From the NCBI RefSeq assembly GCF_004010195.1, contig NC_057719.1, positions 94,417,468-94,468,414 of the forward strand: a stretch of 50,947 bases of DNA, in the 5' to 3' direction. Positions within the stretch are counted from its first letter, which is position 1. Every line of letters begins with the position of its first letter. Made by a program: the position numbers and the translations under genes. The notes below the pieces were generated by a model, which saw only the letters and a program-made list of their open reading frames with translations, made no database searches and was not told the DNA's origin. The stretch comes from Chiloscyllium plagiosum. Lineage: Eukaryota. Shown one piece after another: positions 34,530 to 47,739 of this stretch.

Positions 34530-35840
34530 ACAGAGACCCCCTTAGCAGAGATGTTTTTGGGCTTGGGAACTTTCTGAATCCTTGATATACCATCAACTAT
34601 CCTTTAGCCTGTCAAAATTGTTCATAAGTTTAGACATTTCAATAAGGTAATCTCTTAATGTTCTCTGCTTCAAGGAGAATAAGCTCAATTTTTCTAATTT
34701 TCCCTGTATCTAAAATCTCTCATTCCTGGTATCATTTTATGAAGCTCCTTTGCACTCACTGCAGATCTTTCATATCCTTCTTTAAATATTGTGCCCAGAA
34801 ATGGACACAATACTACAACTGGGGTCTGACCAATGATTTACAGAGATAGTGTAATTTCTTTGCTTTTATACTCTATGCCTCTATTTATAAATCCAAGGAT
34901 CCTATAAGCCTCCTTAGCAACTGTTTCAACTACACATTTCTTCTGCCAAAATGCATTACCTGACGTTTCTCTGCATTGAATTTAATCTGCCAGGTGTCTG
35001 CCCATTTGGCCGACTTGTTAATGTCCCTCTGAAGTCACTCAGCATCATCATCTCCATTCATTATTCTTCCTAGCTTAGTACCATCTGCAAAATTAGAGAT
35101 TTTGCCCTCACCACCCAACTTCAAACCTTTTATAAAAGTCATAAAAAGTGCGGGTCCCAACACCAATCCCTGGAGAACACCATTCTTAAAACTAAAAGAA
35201 AAGCAAATATGGTAAATCAGAAACAAAAGCAAAATTTACAGGTCTGGCAGCAGCAGTGAAGAGAAATCCGAGTTAGTGTTTGGGTCTGTTAACCCTTCCT
35301 GAGAACTTTCAACTTGTTTCCAATCTGAGAAATACGCACATCTATACTAACCATCTGTTTCTATCTTTTAGCCAACTTCCAAAAACATGCTGCCAAGGAT
35401 CCATTAATCCCAAACATTTCTAACTTGCTTACCGATTTACCGTGTGGCTCCATATCAAATGTTTTCTGAAAATCCAAAAATGCAACATCCGCAGCACTGC
35501 TCTCATCCACTGCCTGTGTTTCCTTGTCAAAGAACTTAATTACATTTGTCAGATGCGCCCGGCCCTTGACAAAGCCTTGTTGACTGTGTAGTATTAACTT
35601 ACTTTTCTCTAAGTGTACATTTAGCTTATCCCATACTATGGTTTCCATCAGTTTTCCCACTTTTGATGTCAACCTGACAGGTCTGCAATTTTTTGGGTTA
35701 TCCTTTATACTTTGCTTAAACAATGGTGTCACATTTGCAATCCAGGGACTAATCCAGTGTTCAGAGAGCCATTTCTGTCAATGGCTTTGCAGTTTGCCCT
35801 CTAACCCCTCTCAGCATCCCATCTGGCCTGGCGACATCTC
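34530..35840 (-). mobile_element. Old CR1 RT fragment
   Basis: NCRPVRLTSKVGKLME..QQGFVKGR..FLDFQKTFD; QGLVLGPALF..FADGTKL. Confidence 0.85.
35188..35308 (-). mobile_element. Old Penelope-like terminal fragment (family D) with decayed hammerhead
   Basis: caggtctggcagcagc.. resembles the family B arm; minus strand agtt-ctcagga-a-gggtt aaca gaccc-aaa-cac-t-aact retains stem I agtt/aact and stem II; relatives at about 42560-42620 and 48465-48570. Confidence 0.5.
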
Positions 35841-36047
35841 CATCTGGAGTACTGCCAGCTTTTCTAGCATCTCTTCTTTATCCAACACTATACTACTCAG
35901 TTGCTCAAAACCCACATTTTCAATAAACCATTGTCACCATCTTCTAATTTCAAAAAGACAGAAGCAAAGTACTAATTTAATGAACTGTTTACCTTGCTTG
36001 TCCCTAATGGCTCCATTCTACTCTACCTTAATTTTTTACTATAAATA

Positions 36048-36966
36048 CTGTACATACTCGTGTAAAAGTCGAATTTTTTAGTCTATTTTTAAAGGTTCAA
36101 TTTAAAGGGCGTCTATTACACGGGCACTAGTTTTGAGGGGCTGAAATTCATGCTGCAGTTTGAAATATCGTATTATTAGCAGAAATTGATTTGATGGCTC
36201 AACTAATTCCAGGTAAAGAAGAAAAACACAATGAATTATGGTAAAGGTAATTACCAGGTAAAAGCAAGAGAAACAAGAATGAATTACTGTAGGACATTTT
36301 ATTTATATGTATCAGTATGAAAATTTAATATGTCACAGAATCATTGAAATTCTACAAAATCACACTGTTCAAAATCGTCATGGCCTGGTATAATGGCACA
36401 CTTAAAATGAAACATTTATTAAATTCTGAATGTGTAAGCATCTTGAACCTTACTGCCAAATTCTTCTGTTTCCCTCCCATTTACTCTCGTATGCAATGAA
36501 CCTCAGCAACATTAACAAATTTGTCAAAGAATTAAAGATCTATGTAGTTAATATATCTCACTTTTATTCAGATACAATGGCACAATTAAAATGATGAACT
36601 TTTTAACAATATTAACTTTTGGATGTACAGTGAACAAAGTGTAATAAGTACCGATAGACTGAGTCCCAGTCTGAATGAGTGGATGCATCAAAGTATGCTG
36701 TATTAAACCAAGTGGGCTAAGTAGAATTATGAATGACATGCAATGTAGTAAACAAAGAGCGATGAGTAGAGTTACCGGGATGAATGAGTGAATTCAATTT
36801 CTGTTAAGTGGATTAATGGGAGCATGCAGTTTCCTTTGAAAGAAGTTTATAATGCGATATAGTAGAGTTGACCTTTACACAAGATATATGGAAAATACAA
36901 GATTTTGTGGCCAAAAATAAGGGGTTGACTTTTACACGAGATTCACTTTTACACAAATATATAAGG
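36048..36966. mobile_element. Non-autonomous Tc1/mariner-superfamily (Tc2/pogo-like) DNA transposon / MITE
   Basis: TA on both sides (36046-47, 36967-68); imperfect TIRs ctgtacatactcgtgtaaaagt / acttttacacaaatatataagg (17 of 22 match); subterminal ttgac(c/t)tttacac repeats at about 36868 and 36925; no transposase ORF. Confidence 0.75.
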
Positions 36967-39804
36967 TATGTTTGAAGAACATTTATGTTGTTGGCTCCTA
37001 CATGAACCACAACTGCTGGTTATATGCCCTCCCTTTCCAGACGTTTTTCCAGCTATTCCACAATGTTTGGAGCCCTTGCACCCGGGAGCCCACAGACCAT
37101 GCTGGACTCGTGCAAACTAGATTGTCTTTCCGTCGATCTAAGTAATGCACTACAATCACCTTTCTAATTTGCCTATCAGCCTCTCTCTCTCTCTCTCTCT
37201 TTTAAGAGTAGCCTCAGGCACCATGGTACTGTGGTTTTCTCTTGAGTTATGCACCCACAACTCAAATGTGTTGCTCACCAAATAGGAATCTAAGATTTCA
37301 GACTGTTAGATAGCTCCAAGGAGTCTTGGGTTTGTGGACCTGCTTCTTCTTTATCCCAATCTTGGGCCATTCCTCCTAATCTTTTCTTGGCTCAGTATTT
37401 GTTTTTCTTAGTTGCTTTTAGAAAGATCTTTAAATTAAATGTGCTTCATAAATTCACTGATTTAGTAATAGTTGTAGTTTGTCAATTTTGCAAAATCTGT
37501 CTGCCACCTATAATCCTTACTTAACTCTTACCACTCCATGGGGAAAAAAAATATTTAAAAAGAATAATAAAAATCAACCAAAGGGCAGGGGTTATTTAAC
37601 CATGTTGACAATAGCTAGAAAAGTAAGTAACTTCTGTGAGTGAAATTTAAAAACAGAAAGGTTTTGCATTATTTTGATTCTCTGCCAATTGTTCAAAATC
37701 TTATTTACAGAGTATTCAAAATGAATGAGGATAGAATTACTTTGTTATGAAATTTTGTTTTCTTAAAGTCTACTTATGACATACTTTGGGGTTAGGCATG
37801 ACAGTTGAAGAGATAAATGGACTCATTTACATTTTTCAGTGGAATGGTGAGGAACGTAGTGATTCAAGTCAAATGAAAATATGCTTTGTACTGAGGCTCT
37901 AGATAACCTTACTTTAATTTACTGATTTCTGTTTTAACACTGTCTCCAAAGCAGCTTGTCAAGCAAGCAATTCTAGGATTTATTCCTTTGCAAGTTTATA
38001 AAGCCTAGGGCTATTGCAGAAATGAGGGGTCCCCAACTATGTTGTATTTGACAACATGGAACAAATTTCAATGAAACCATGAGTCATTAACCTTTGTACA
38101 TGGGAAAAAAGATTTTCCCATCGAAATATTTGAAGTTAAACTTGTAACCTCTAGTCAGCGGTGAATGTCCCCTCTAAAAACATTTGGATGGATTTTGAAA
38201 GATCTCATGTTGCTATAAAAAGAGCAAGCTTTCTCTAGTCAATCAACACACCAGAAAATAGATAAATTAGTCGTTTATTTATTATTTAATTTCCTGATCA
38301 TTTGACAATCTTTGTGTGCAATACACATACCTATAAAAACAAGTCTTAAGACTATGGGAGTAACAGCAGTAAAGCAGTATTTATTGTCCAATATCGGTTG
38401 CTGTGGAGGCATTCTCTGTAGGTTATTGTGGTCCTAATGATAATGTTTCTACAGTGGTTTTGATTGAGTGGAAAATTCCAGGAAAATTACCTGGTGATTG
38501 ATGAAAGCTTACCAGTGTATTCCTAAATTGGGGTTGTGTGGAATTTGGAGAGGAACTTGACTATGTTTCTGATTAATTGTGTGTGAAGTCTTTTGAAGCA
38601 TTTGTGTGATTTAGTAAATTATTATATAACTACAGATTTCTTTTCACTAGTGCCTTTTTAAATTGCAGGACCAATGGTATTTTTCTTTTTAGCATGATAA
38701 CCTACTATATCTAGTTCTTATTCTCTGTGGCAAAAATTACACTTCGAATCAAAATTACTCAGAACAAACTTGTCAGTCTAAATCTAACAAAAAAAAAGAT
38801 AAATTGGGCATCTTTTTTCTTCGTAACTGTATTTAATTGAAATATACTGAAACTAATTTTGTTTAGATTAATTGAACACATTTTTAACACATTGGATTTC
38901 AAATGGAGATATGAGCCATATTTGTTTGTACTTGCCAGCTTTATTTTCCTCTTAATCATTTTAATAAACCAGAAACTCATGGGCTGGTAACTACATCAAC
39001 AAAATCATTGGAAATTGTGTATTGCCTTTCTTTAGCTTTTGAATTATATATAATGATAAAGCCTAAAATTACCTATTATACAAAAAGAGATGGAAAACAA
39101 AGATTCTGGAAAGAATAGTATAGCATCAAGTTAAGCAATAGATAGACAGCCAAACTTTTTTCACATATGATTTTTGGATAATCTATTTAAGCAGTGACTA
39201 CAGAACATGCCCTTTAATGGTTGTGTAAACCTTTTGGTACAGTATGATTCACTGTGAATTCCATTGTTTAATACTACATTAGCAATAGGGTGTGTTTATG
39301 GATAACTACACACAGCTGTTTATTTTTAAAGTTCATTCAGTTTTGTCTTTTTGTTACAATCATGTTGAAGGTATATGTGCAGAGAAAGAATGTAAAAAGA
39401 TGGAAAACATTTAGAAATGGTGAATATAGGTTTTTGTGCTTGCATTTTAATTTTAAACTAAGACAATGCACATAGCCATGAATAAATAGTGAGAAATTGG
39501 ATGATTTCTGTTGTGAGAAGTATAATTTTGCTTTATGTTCTTCTTTTAAAGTTGTGAATACTTTTTGTTTTGACAACATACCTGCTCCTGTACTGAGTGA
39601 AAGATTCTTTTCAAGAGATAGTAAATTGGAAAGAAGCTGCTGTAGACTTATATGGGCATTTTGTTCGCCCCACCACAAGAATTGAATCTATTGGATGGAG
39701 TTCAATGTCCATGCTGGCATTAGTTCAACTTACTATTAAATGTGGGTTTGGATGTTCAATGTTTCTAATATTTTCTTAGTGGAATGTTAAGCTTCAGCCA
39801 AAAT

Positions 39805-40428
39805 TAGACCATAGACTACAGGAGCAGAATTTCGGTCATTTGGCCCATCAAGTCTGCTCAGCCATTCGATCTTGGCCAGTAAGTTTCTCAATCCCATTCT
39901 CTTACCTTCTCCCTGTAACCCTTGACCCTCTTACTAATCAAGAACTTATTTATCGTTGACTTGTATATAACCAGTGACTTGACCTCGACAACCTTTTGTA
40001 GCAGTGACTTGCACAGATTCACCGCACTCTGGCTGAAGAAATTCCTCCTCATCTCAGTCATCCCTTCATTTTGAAGCTCTGCCCTTGGGTCTTAATCTCT
40101 TCTACTAGTGGGAATACCTTTTCCACACTCACTCTATCCAGGCCTCTCAGTTTTATGTAGATTTCAAAGAGATTCCCCCTCATTCTTCTAAACTCCATTG
40201 AGTTCAGACCCAGAGTCCTCAACTGATCCTCATATGACAAGCCCTTCATCCCCGCAATGATTCTTGTGAACCACCTTCAGACCTCCTCCAATTCCAGCAC
40301 ATCCATCCTTGTTTACAGGGCCCAAACTGCTTGCAATATTCCAAATGCGGTCTGACCAGACCCTTAATAAACCTCAGCAGTACATCCCTGCCCTCGTATT
40401 CTAACCATCTTGAAATCAATGCCAACAT
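39805..40428 (-). mobile_element. CR1 3' fragment
   Basis: LVRPHLEYC..GLSYEDQLRTLGL..EFRRMRGNL plus 3' tail. Confidence 0.88.
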
Positions 40429-41009
40429 TAATCAACAATGAAGCAAGGAAAATAATAGAGAAGTTTTAAAAAAAACTGTTCAGAGGGGATCAGGGGTACT
40501 GAAGTGGGCTTAAATTGAAATGCTATTGGGTGTCATTCCAATCTTAGGTAAAATTTAACATTGTAAAACATTAGGATTAACCAATGAGTACCACATGCTA
40601 AATTGGATAAGGATAAACAAATGGCATACAATAGTCGTCATCTTGATCAGCAACACTCCTGAGGGTCCCCACCTCCAACCTGCAGGTCCAAGAATGCTCA
40701 ATGTTCACTTTAATCTCATTCCAACGACACAAGTTTCTCCATGATCCTTACTATTCTAAATCTGATGGCTTGATTCTTCTCTGATCTCTGTATTACTGAG
40801 AATGTATTAATATATAGGTAGACCTGGATAACATTCAGCCAGATATGTGGCAAGTAACATTTCCATCAAACATTTCCAGCCAGAGAGAATCTAATATTCT
40901 CCCATTGACATTCAATGACATTGCCATCACTGAAACCTTCATAGGCAGTATCAACAAGGGATTACCATTGACCAAAAAACTGGTATATATGGGCCAATTA
41001 TCACAAAAT

Positions 41010-41580
41010 CTGTTATTAGGAAAATGTTAGCCTATTAAATAGAATGTAGCAGCAGAGCATTTAAAATACATGATAAAGTCAAGCAGAGTCAGTCTGGCCT
41101 CATGAAGGGGAAATTGTGCTTGACAAATTTACAGGAATCCTTTGAGGAGGTAACAGAGGAAGCAGGAGATGTAAAATATTTGAATTTTCAGAAGGTGTTT
41201 GATAAGGTCCCACACATTAGGCTATTTAATAAGACAAGAGCCTATGGTCTTGGAGGCAGTAAGTTAGATGGAGAGAGGATCGACTAAATAATAGAAGACA
41301 TAAAATTGATTTGATTTGATTTAGTTACGTCATGTGTATTTTGTTACAAAATATAGTGCAAAATGGTGTACAGTACTCTCCACAGTCAATTATATATAAA
41401 GGTCTTAGACGAATGGTACAAAAGTAGGTGGAAAGGCAAGTGTGGAGGAATATAGACAGGTTAAGTAAGTGGGAGAAACCTTGACAGGATATATTGTGAG
41501 GAAGTGTGAGATTATGTACTTTGACAGGAAGAGTAAAGGAGCTGAATATATTTAAGTGGAGGAAGACAACAGGAAGCTAG
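41010..41580 (+). mobile_element. Decayed CR1 RT fragment
   Basis: MKGKLCLTNL..YLNFQKVFDKVPH. Confidence 0.75.
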
Positions 41581-41676
41581 TTTTTGACTTTGTTCCAGTT
41601 GAAGTGAAATTGAATCCCTGTAATCAAAGTCTGGCAGTGGTCTGAATATCAGAAGGAAAAGGACAGTCTCACTGTT

Positions 41677-42270
41677 ATAGAGTCATAGAGCTGCACAGCA
41701 CAGAAACAGACCCTTCCGTCCAACTTGTCCATGCTGATCACATATACTTAATTAATCTAGTCCCATCTGCCAGCACTTGGCCCGTAGCCCTCTAAACTCT
41801 TCCTATTCATATACCCATCCAGATGCCTTTTAAATGTTGTAACACCACTTCCTCTGGCAGCTCATTCCATAGGAGTTGAAACTTTATTGCTGGAACAGCA
41901 CAGCAGGTCAGGCAGCATCCAGGGAACAGGAGATTCGACGTTTCGGGCACAGGCCCTTCTTCAGCTCATTCCATACACTTACCACCCTCTGCATGAAAAA
42001 GCTGCCCTATAGGTCCCTTTTATATTTTTCCCCTCTCTACCTGAACCGATGCCCTCCAGTTTTGGACTCCCCACCTCAGGGCAAATACCTTGTGTATTGA
42101 CTCTATCCATGCCCCTCATGATTTTATAAACCTCTATAAGGTCACCCCTCAGCCTCTGATTCTCCAGGGAAAATAGCCCCAGACTATTCAGCCTCTCCCT
42201 ATAGCTCAAACCCATCAACCCTTTGTAAATCTTCTTTGAATCCTTTTAAGTTTCATAACATCCTTCCTAT
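41677..42270 (-). mobile_element. CR1 3' fragment, interrupted by a family B element
   Basis: GLSYRERLNSLGLFSLE..LRGDLIEVYKIMRG; tail ...ctctatgactctata. Confidence 0.9.
41872..41964 (-). mobile_element. Minimal ~90-bp family B insertion starting exactly at the hammerhead CUG
   Basis: 14-bp TSD cagctcattccata at 41858-41871 and 41962-41975 (cag shared with the core); minus strand CTGAAGA-a-gggc ctgt gccc-GAAA-cg-TC-gaat. Confidence 0.9.
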
Positions 42271-43454
42271 CTGCCTTTAACAGGATTCTTCCCTTTCTGG
42301 CCTCTTTCTTTCCCAAACTGATTAACTTCTATGGATGATCTCAAAATGATTGTGGAAATGTTTCTTTTTACAAGCTGGTTTCTTCATGAGACTATAGTAT
42401 TAGCTTTACAGCTGTCTACATTGATGATCTCTATGTTAGCACTGACACTCAATTGGATTTGAATCTTCATAATTTGCTTTTCATTTTGATAAAATTATTT
42501 TCTCTTCACACCTATTTTGTGGGTGTCTATTCTGCAGTCACTAGATTTGTGTGGACTAGAAAGAGAAAATACTGGAGAAGTTCAGCAGGTCTGGTAGCAT
42601 CTGTGCAGAGAGAAAAAGAGTTACCTTTGGAGGTCACAGAACTGAAGTGAGAGGTGAAAAAGTGATGAGTTTTGTGGAAAAAGTAGGGAGGAACTAGTGA
42701 AATAGCAAAGAATCTCTGTTGGCATTTAGAGAACAGTAGTTGATAAATCCACATGAGAGACTTGTAGCATTTTTACTGGTTAAGAGGTAAAAGGTAGTTT
42801 GCATTTTTGTCTGGACAAAATTGCTACTTACAGCTTTGGGCAGTTTCATGCATATTTTGTGGACCAGGAGGGAGGCCACCTGATCATCCCTTAACTCCAT
42901 TTTGTTGAAGCACAGTTTGTCTATTCTCCATGTTGTTATAAAATGTAAGTGGTGTGTACTCTTGTGTTGGCATCACTATCTGCTGTGACAGTGCTGGCTG
43001 AACTGGGCTTGGGCAGAATTGAAAAGACACAAGTCAAAGAAGTTATTGGACTCAAATTTTGATATATTAAAGAAACTGAATATGGGAGATTAGAACTAGG
43101 GGGTCACTATTTATAGATAAGGGTCACCCATGTAAGATAAGAGTTGAGAAATTATTTTCTCATAGAGGATCATGAATATTTAGAACTTCCTTCTTAAGGC
43201 ACATGGAGGTACTTTCTTGATAAGCAAGAGTGTGAAACATTTACATGGGTAATTGGGAATGTGGAGTAATTCAATCAACCATGATCTTGTTGAATAGCAG
43301 AGCAGACTGAATCTCCTCCTAGTTTACATTTTCCAGTCTGTAGCTCTTTGTTTTTGTATTTTTAATTGTGGACTGAAATTGTAAAAAAAGACTGTTTTAA
43401 AACAAGGTTGTGGCACTTATTATAAGTGATGTTTACCTTGCTGTTTAATCAAGC

Positions 43455-44015
43455 TGTTAGGCAAACACCCAGAAAAGTTCACTTCACCCCATACTCTGTT
43501 AAAGTATGAGTGACAGAGAACTCCTAACTTCCACATTTTAAAAAAAACAATTTATTCTTTAACTCTAAAAGTGAACATTAAACAACAACCATTTACAACT
43601 GAAGCCTCCTTTTTCTTAAATGTTTGTTATCTGACTCCAACTATATAACAATGTACTGTTCCAATCAAAGCCAAAATTAAAAGTACCTCAACTTAATTTC
43701 AAAACCACACAACGACTGTCGTCGGTGTCTGTCTCCCTCTGGCTGTCGGTCTCCCTGGGTCGTCCTTGGTCTTTTGCTGCAAAGAAGCTTCATATGAGAA
43801 AGGTACCTTTGATAGAGAGTGTTTTGTTGGCAGTTACTCTGTCGATGGCAGTTGGTCTCACTGTATAACCGTCAAAATATCTGCTTCTTTATACCCTCAG
43901 CATTGGTTTAATGTTGGTGAAACAGTAATTTCAAAATTGGTTGGTTTTTAGTAACCTGGGTCATAATTTAAATTGATTGGTTCAATTCGAATGGTTCAAA
44001 CAGCAACCAAAATCT
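43455..44015 (-). mobile_element. Probable partial solo LTR
   Basis: Minus-strand order: CCAAT x3 (43976, 43936, 43902), TATAAA (43888-43893), AATAAA (43551-43556), terminus ...gcctaaca. Confidence 0.55.
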
Positions 44016-44017
44016 CT

Positions 44018-44806
44018 CCAGACCACACTGGACTGACCCTCCAGATACCACTGGGCCAAGCCCCCAGATCACACCAGGCCGAGCCCCCAGACCGCACTGG
44101 GCCGAGCCCCCAGACCAAATCTGGCCGAGCCTACTGACACCGCCAGGTCGAGCCCCCAGACCACACCGGTCGAGCCCCCATTCCGCGCCAGGCTGAGCCN
44201 NNNNNNNNNNNNNNNNNNNNNNNNNNNNNNNNNNNNNNNNNNNNNNNNNNNNNNNNNNNNNNNNNNNNNNNNNNNNNNNNNNNNNNNNNNNNNNNNNNNN
44301 NNNNNNNNNNNNNNNNNNNNNNNNNNNNNNNNNNNNNNNNNNNNNNNNNNNNNNNNNNNNNNNNNNNNNNNNNNNNNNNNNNNNNNNNNNNNAGGCCCAC
44401 CCCCCAGACTGCACCAGGCCGAGCCCCCAGACTACATGGCCGAGCCCCCAGACCGCACCAGGCCGAGCCCCCAGATTACGCCGGGCTGAGCCCTCAGACC
44501 ACAACAGGCCGAAACCCAAGACCACACCGGGCCGAGCCCCAGACCACATCGGGCCGAGCCCCAGACCACACTGGGCCGATTCCCCAGATGCCGCCAGACC
44601 GAACCCCCTAACTGTGCTGGGCTAAGCCCCTGACCATGCTGGGCTGAGCCCCCAGACCACACCGGGCTGAGCCCCCAGACCACACCGGGCTGAGCCCCCA
44701 GACCACATCAGGCTGAGCCCCCAGACTCCGCCAGGCTGAGCCTTCAGACCACGCTGGACTGAGCTACCAGACTCCGCTGGGCTGAGCCTTCAGACCACAC
44801 CGGGCT
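44018..44806. repeat. GC-rich ~23-bp minisatellite (ccccagaccacaccgggc(c/t)gagc)n spanning an assembly gap
   Basis: Tandem units are visible on both sides of the N run at 44200-44392. Confidence 0.95.
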
Positions 44807-45129
44807 TCAAAACCTGGGGCCTCATCTCCAGTCCGCAAGGTCCTCATCTCCCCATAATGGCCTCCACTCCAGGAGCTGCATGCTCCATTCTCCTCTGAAT
44901 ATGTTCAAGTGAGTTAAAAAGTTAATTTAAAAAAAAAACTCAAGGAAAGAAGATAAAGAAGAGAAAAAGAAAAAGAATGGGCAAAACAGAGAAGATGTGG
45001 CTGGAGCATCCTACTCTGCCACCATCTTGGACAAACCTTGTGCGATTACTGTAGCCTATTTGATGGTCTGTAAGATACCACAAGTAGCATAACCAGCTCC
45101 TTTCTTGTTTCTCTTCTGTGCAGTAGGTG

Positions 45130-45600
45130 AGGGCCAGGATTTCAAATACAAGAATTATGGTTAAGCAGACAGCAGTGATCCTCACACTCCTATATGCTGC
45201 GGAAACTTAAATAATTTATAACTGGTATCCCAGCAAGTCCAGCAACACCACCCTCCCACACCAACATGCTAATCATCAAGATGAAAGCCAGCTCCACTGG
45301 TTGGGGCTTGTACATATGCCTGACACCAGAGTTTTGAAAAACTGCTTTGCTCTGAACTTGATCACAGCAGGATTCTCTCAGTAAGATAGTGGAAATGCTT
45401 CAGGGATATTCTCAAAGCATTCTTGAAGAGGTCATGCATCTTATGAAATTGAGAAACTTTGTTGTCATGGAAATCAAAAGCATCAGACAGAGAAAGCAAA
45501 CCTATCTGTTGGATCCTGCAAGCATTACTGGTCTCAAATATGGTAGAACCTGTTAGTTGTGCATTGGACTAATCACCACCTCAGATCTCCTGCACTGGCG
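45130..45600 (+). mobile_element. Decayed RTE-clade LINE 3' fragment
   Basis: AVILTLLYAAET..LHWLG..MPDTR..SEL resembles the RTE LLYGxETW / LRWxGHVxRMPD pattern. Confidence 0.6.
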
Positions 45601-46686
45601 TGGAATTAAACCATCTTCAATTAAGTCGCCCTAAAGGGCTGCCTGTGAAGAGGGGTCTTTAATAATTCCTTGCAAAATAGTTTATAGTGCAATTGTGTGT
45701 ACGTTTTTCTTAAATGATTGGTAAGGGAAGTTTGGATAATATTGTAGATTGGGAGGAGAGGTGGTATTCTGCTCTTGTCAAAACTATTTGATCAATTTAA
45801 TCCTTCATTTATATTAGCGAATACATTGCTTAGATTTTTTTGGACTAACATTGTTTGAAATAATCATGTTTTAGTTCCTTTTAAGAATGTGATGAAGATA
45901 AACACTGAAATCAAAGGATACAATTTTCCTTTCCCTTGAGTTGGTCAGAAGGGCCAACACCTTGACCTGGGATTCACCAAAAAAACCTTGCAACACTAGC
46001 TTGCTGGTCCTTAAATGAATTGATGGGTGGGTGATTGAATGAGTTGTTTCAATGGTATGTTAGTTGCACCTAACATGTTCACCCCCACACTTAAAAAAGA
46101 ACAATTCCTTCCTTCATCTTTCTCCTCAGTGTTAAGACCTTTCAAGGGAGCTTACTGATCTGATGTTTTGTCAAACTGTATAAATTATACAAAATTCTAC
46201 AAATATTCAATTCAATTGGTAGATCACACAATATCCTTGCATCACCTAACTGATGGATGCTTCTGACTAATGTTTTCAAGATCCGTGTTTATTTTTTTCA
46301 GAACTTGTTCTATGTCTTTTGTTTAATTTAATTTAAGTGCTGAGTCTGCTAGATTTCCTTCATAGTTAAAATTATCTCATCTTGCACTTCTTAACTTGGA
46401 ATATTTCTTTTACATTACATGTAGATGCTTTTTATTGTACTGTGTCTAAAAACTGAAGAATGGGGATTTGTGTGTCTGGTATCTCTGGGGTATGTTTCTG
46501 GTTTGAGTCTTTGTTTATCTTTCCATTTTATCTGCTGGTTTTCATATTTCATTCATTCTTCATTACATCAAGTATTATTGTTGTGTAAGTGATTCTTGTT
46601 AAATGTAGTCAAAATTCACAGGGAGCTTTCAAAGTTGCATAGAGTTATAGAGTCCTGCAACATGCAGACAGGCCCTTTGGCCCAAT

Positions 46687-47738
46687 AAATGAGTGCTATT
46701 CTGGTTTGCAATCAGTGACTGGTGGTGTGCCTCAGGGGTCAGTGTTGGAACCGCAATTATTCACAATTTACATCGATGATTTGGAGTTGGGGATCATGTG
46801 TAGTGTGTCAAAGTTTGTGGATGGCACGAAGATGTGTGATAAAGCAAAGTGTGCAGAGTACTGTGAAACTTTGCAAAGGGGGATGGGTAGTTTAAGTGAG
46901 TGGGCAAAGGTCTGGCAGATGGAGTACAATGTTAATAAATGTGAAGTCATCCATTTTGGTAGGAATAATAGTGAAAAGGACTATTATTTGAATGGTAAAA
47001 CATTGCAGCATGCTGAGGGACCTGGGTGTCCTTGTGCATGAATCACAAAGGGTTGGTCTGCAAGTGCAACAAGTCATTAGGAAGGTAAATGGAATTTTGT
47101 CCTTCACTGTGAAAGGGATTGAGTTTAAAAGCAAAGAGGTTATGTTGCCGCTGTATAGGGTGCTGATGAGGCCATACCTGGAGTACTGTGTGCAGTTTTG
47201 TTCTCCTTACTTGAGAAAGGATGTACTGGCACTGGAGGGGGTACAGAGGAGGTTCACTAGATTGATTCCAGAGTTGAGGGGGTTGGCTTATGAGGAGAGA
47301 CTGAGTAGATTGGGATTATATTCATTGGAATTTAGAAGGATGAGGGGGGATCTTATAGAAACATGTAAAATTATGAAGGGAATAGATAAGATAGAAGTGG
47401 AGAGGATGTATTCACTGGCAGGTGAAACTAGGACAGGAGGGCATAGCCTCAAAATTAGAGCAGATTTAGGACTGAATTCAAAAGGAAACTCTTCACCCAG
47501 AGGGTTGTGAATCTATGCAGTTCCCTGCCCAGTGAAATAGTTGAGGCTTCCTCATTGAATGCTTTTAAAGTTAAGGTAGATAATTTTTTGAACAGTAAGG
47601 GCATTAAGGGTTATGGTGCAAGGGTGGGTAAGTGAAACTGAGACCACAAAAACATCAGCCATGATCTTATGAATGGCAGAGCAGGCTCGAAGGGCCGGAT
47701 GGCCTACTCCTGCTCCTACTCCTAGTTCTTATGTTCTT
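46687..47738 (+). mobile_element. 5'-truncated CR1 (RT C-terminal half plus tail)
   Basis: GVPQGSVLEPQLF..FVDGTK; LMRPYLEYCVQF; tail ggcctactcctgctcct..tcttatgttctt. Confidence 0.92.
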
Positions 47739-47739
47739 C

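Noticed and set aside
43968..44683. Gly-rich repetitive ORFs; CRISPR-like array
   Set aside because: These are translations of a 23-bp tandem minisatellite across Ns. Units are contiguous with no unique spacers, and the context is eukaryotic.
46639..46686. Inverted tail as a twin-priming product of the adjacent CR1
   Set aside because: The tail sequence belongs to a different CR1 subfamily from the element ending at 47738, so it is probably a separate insertion.
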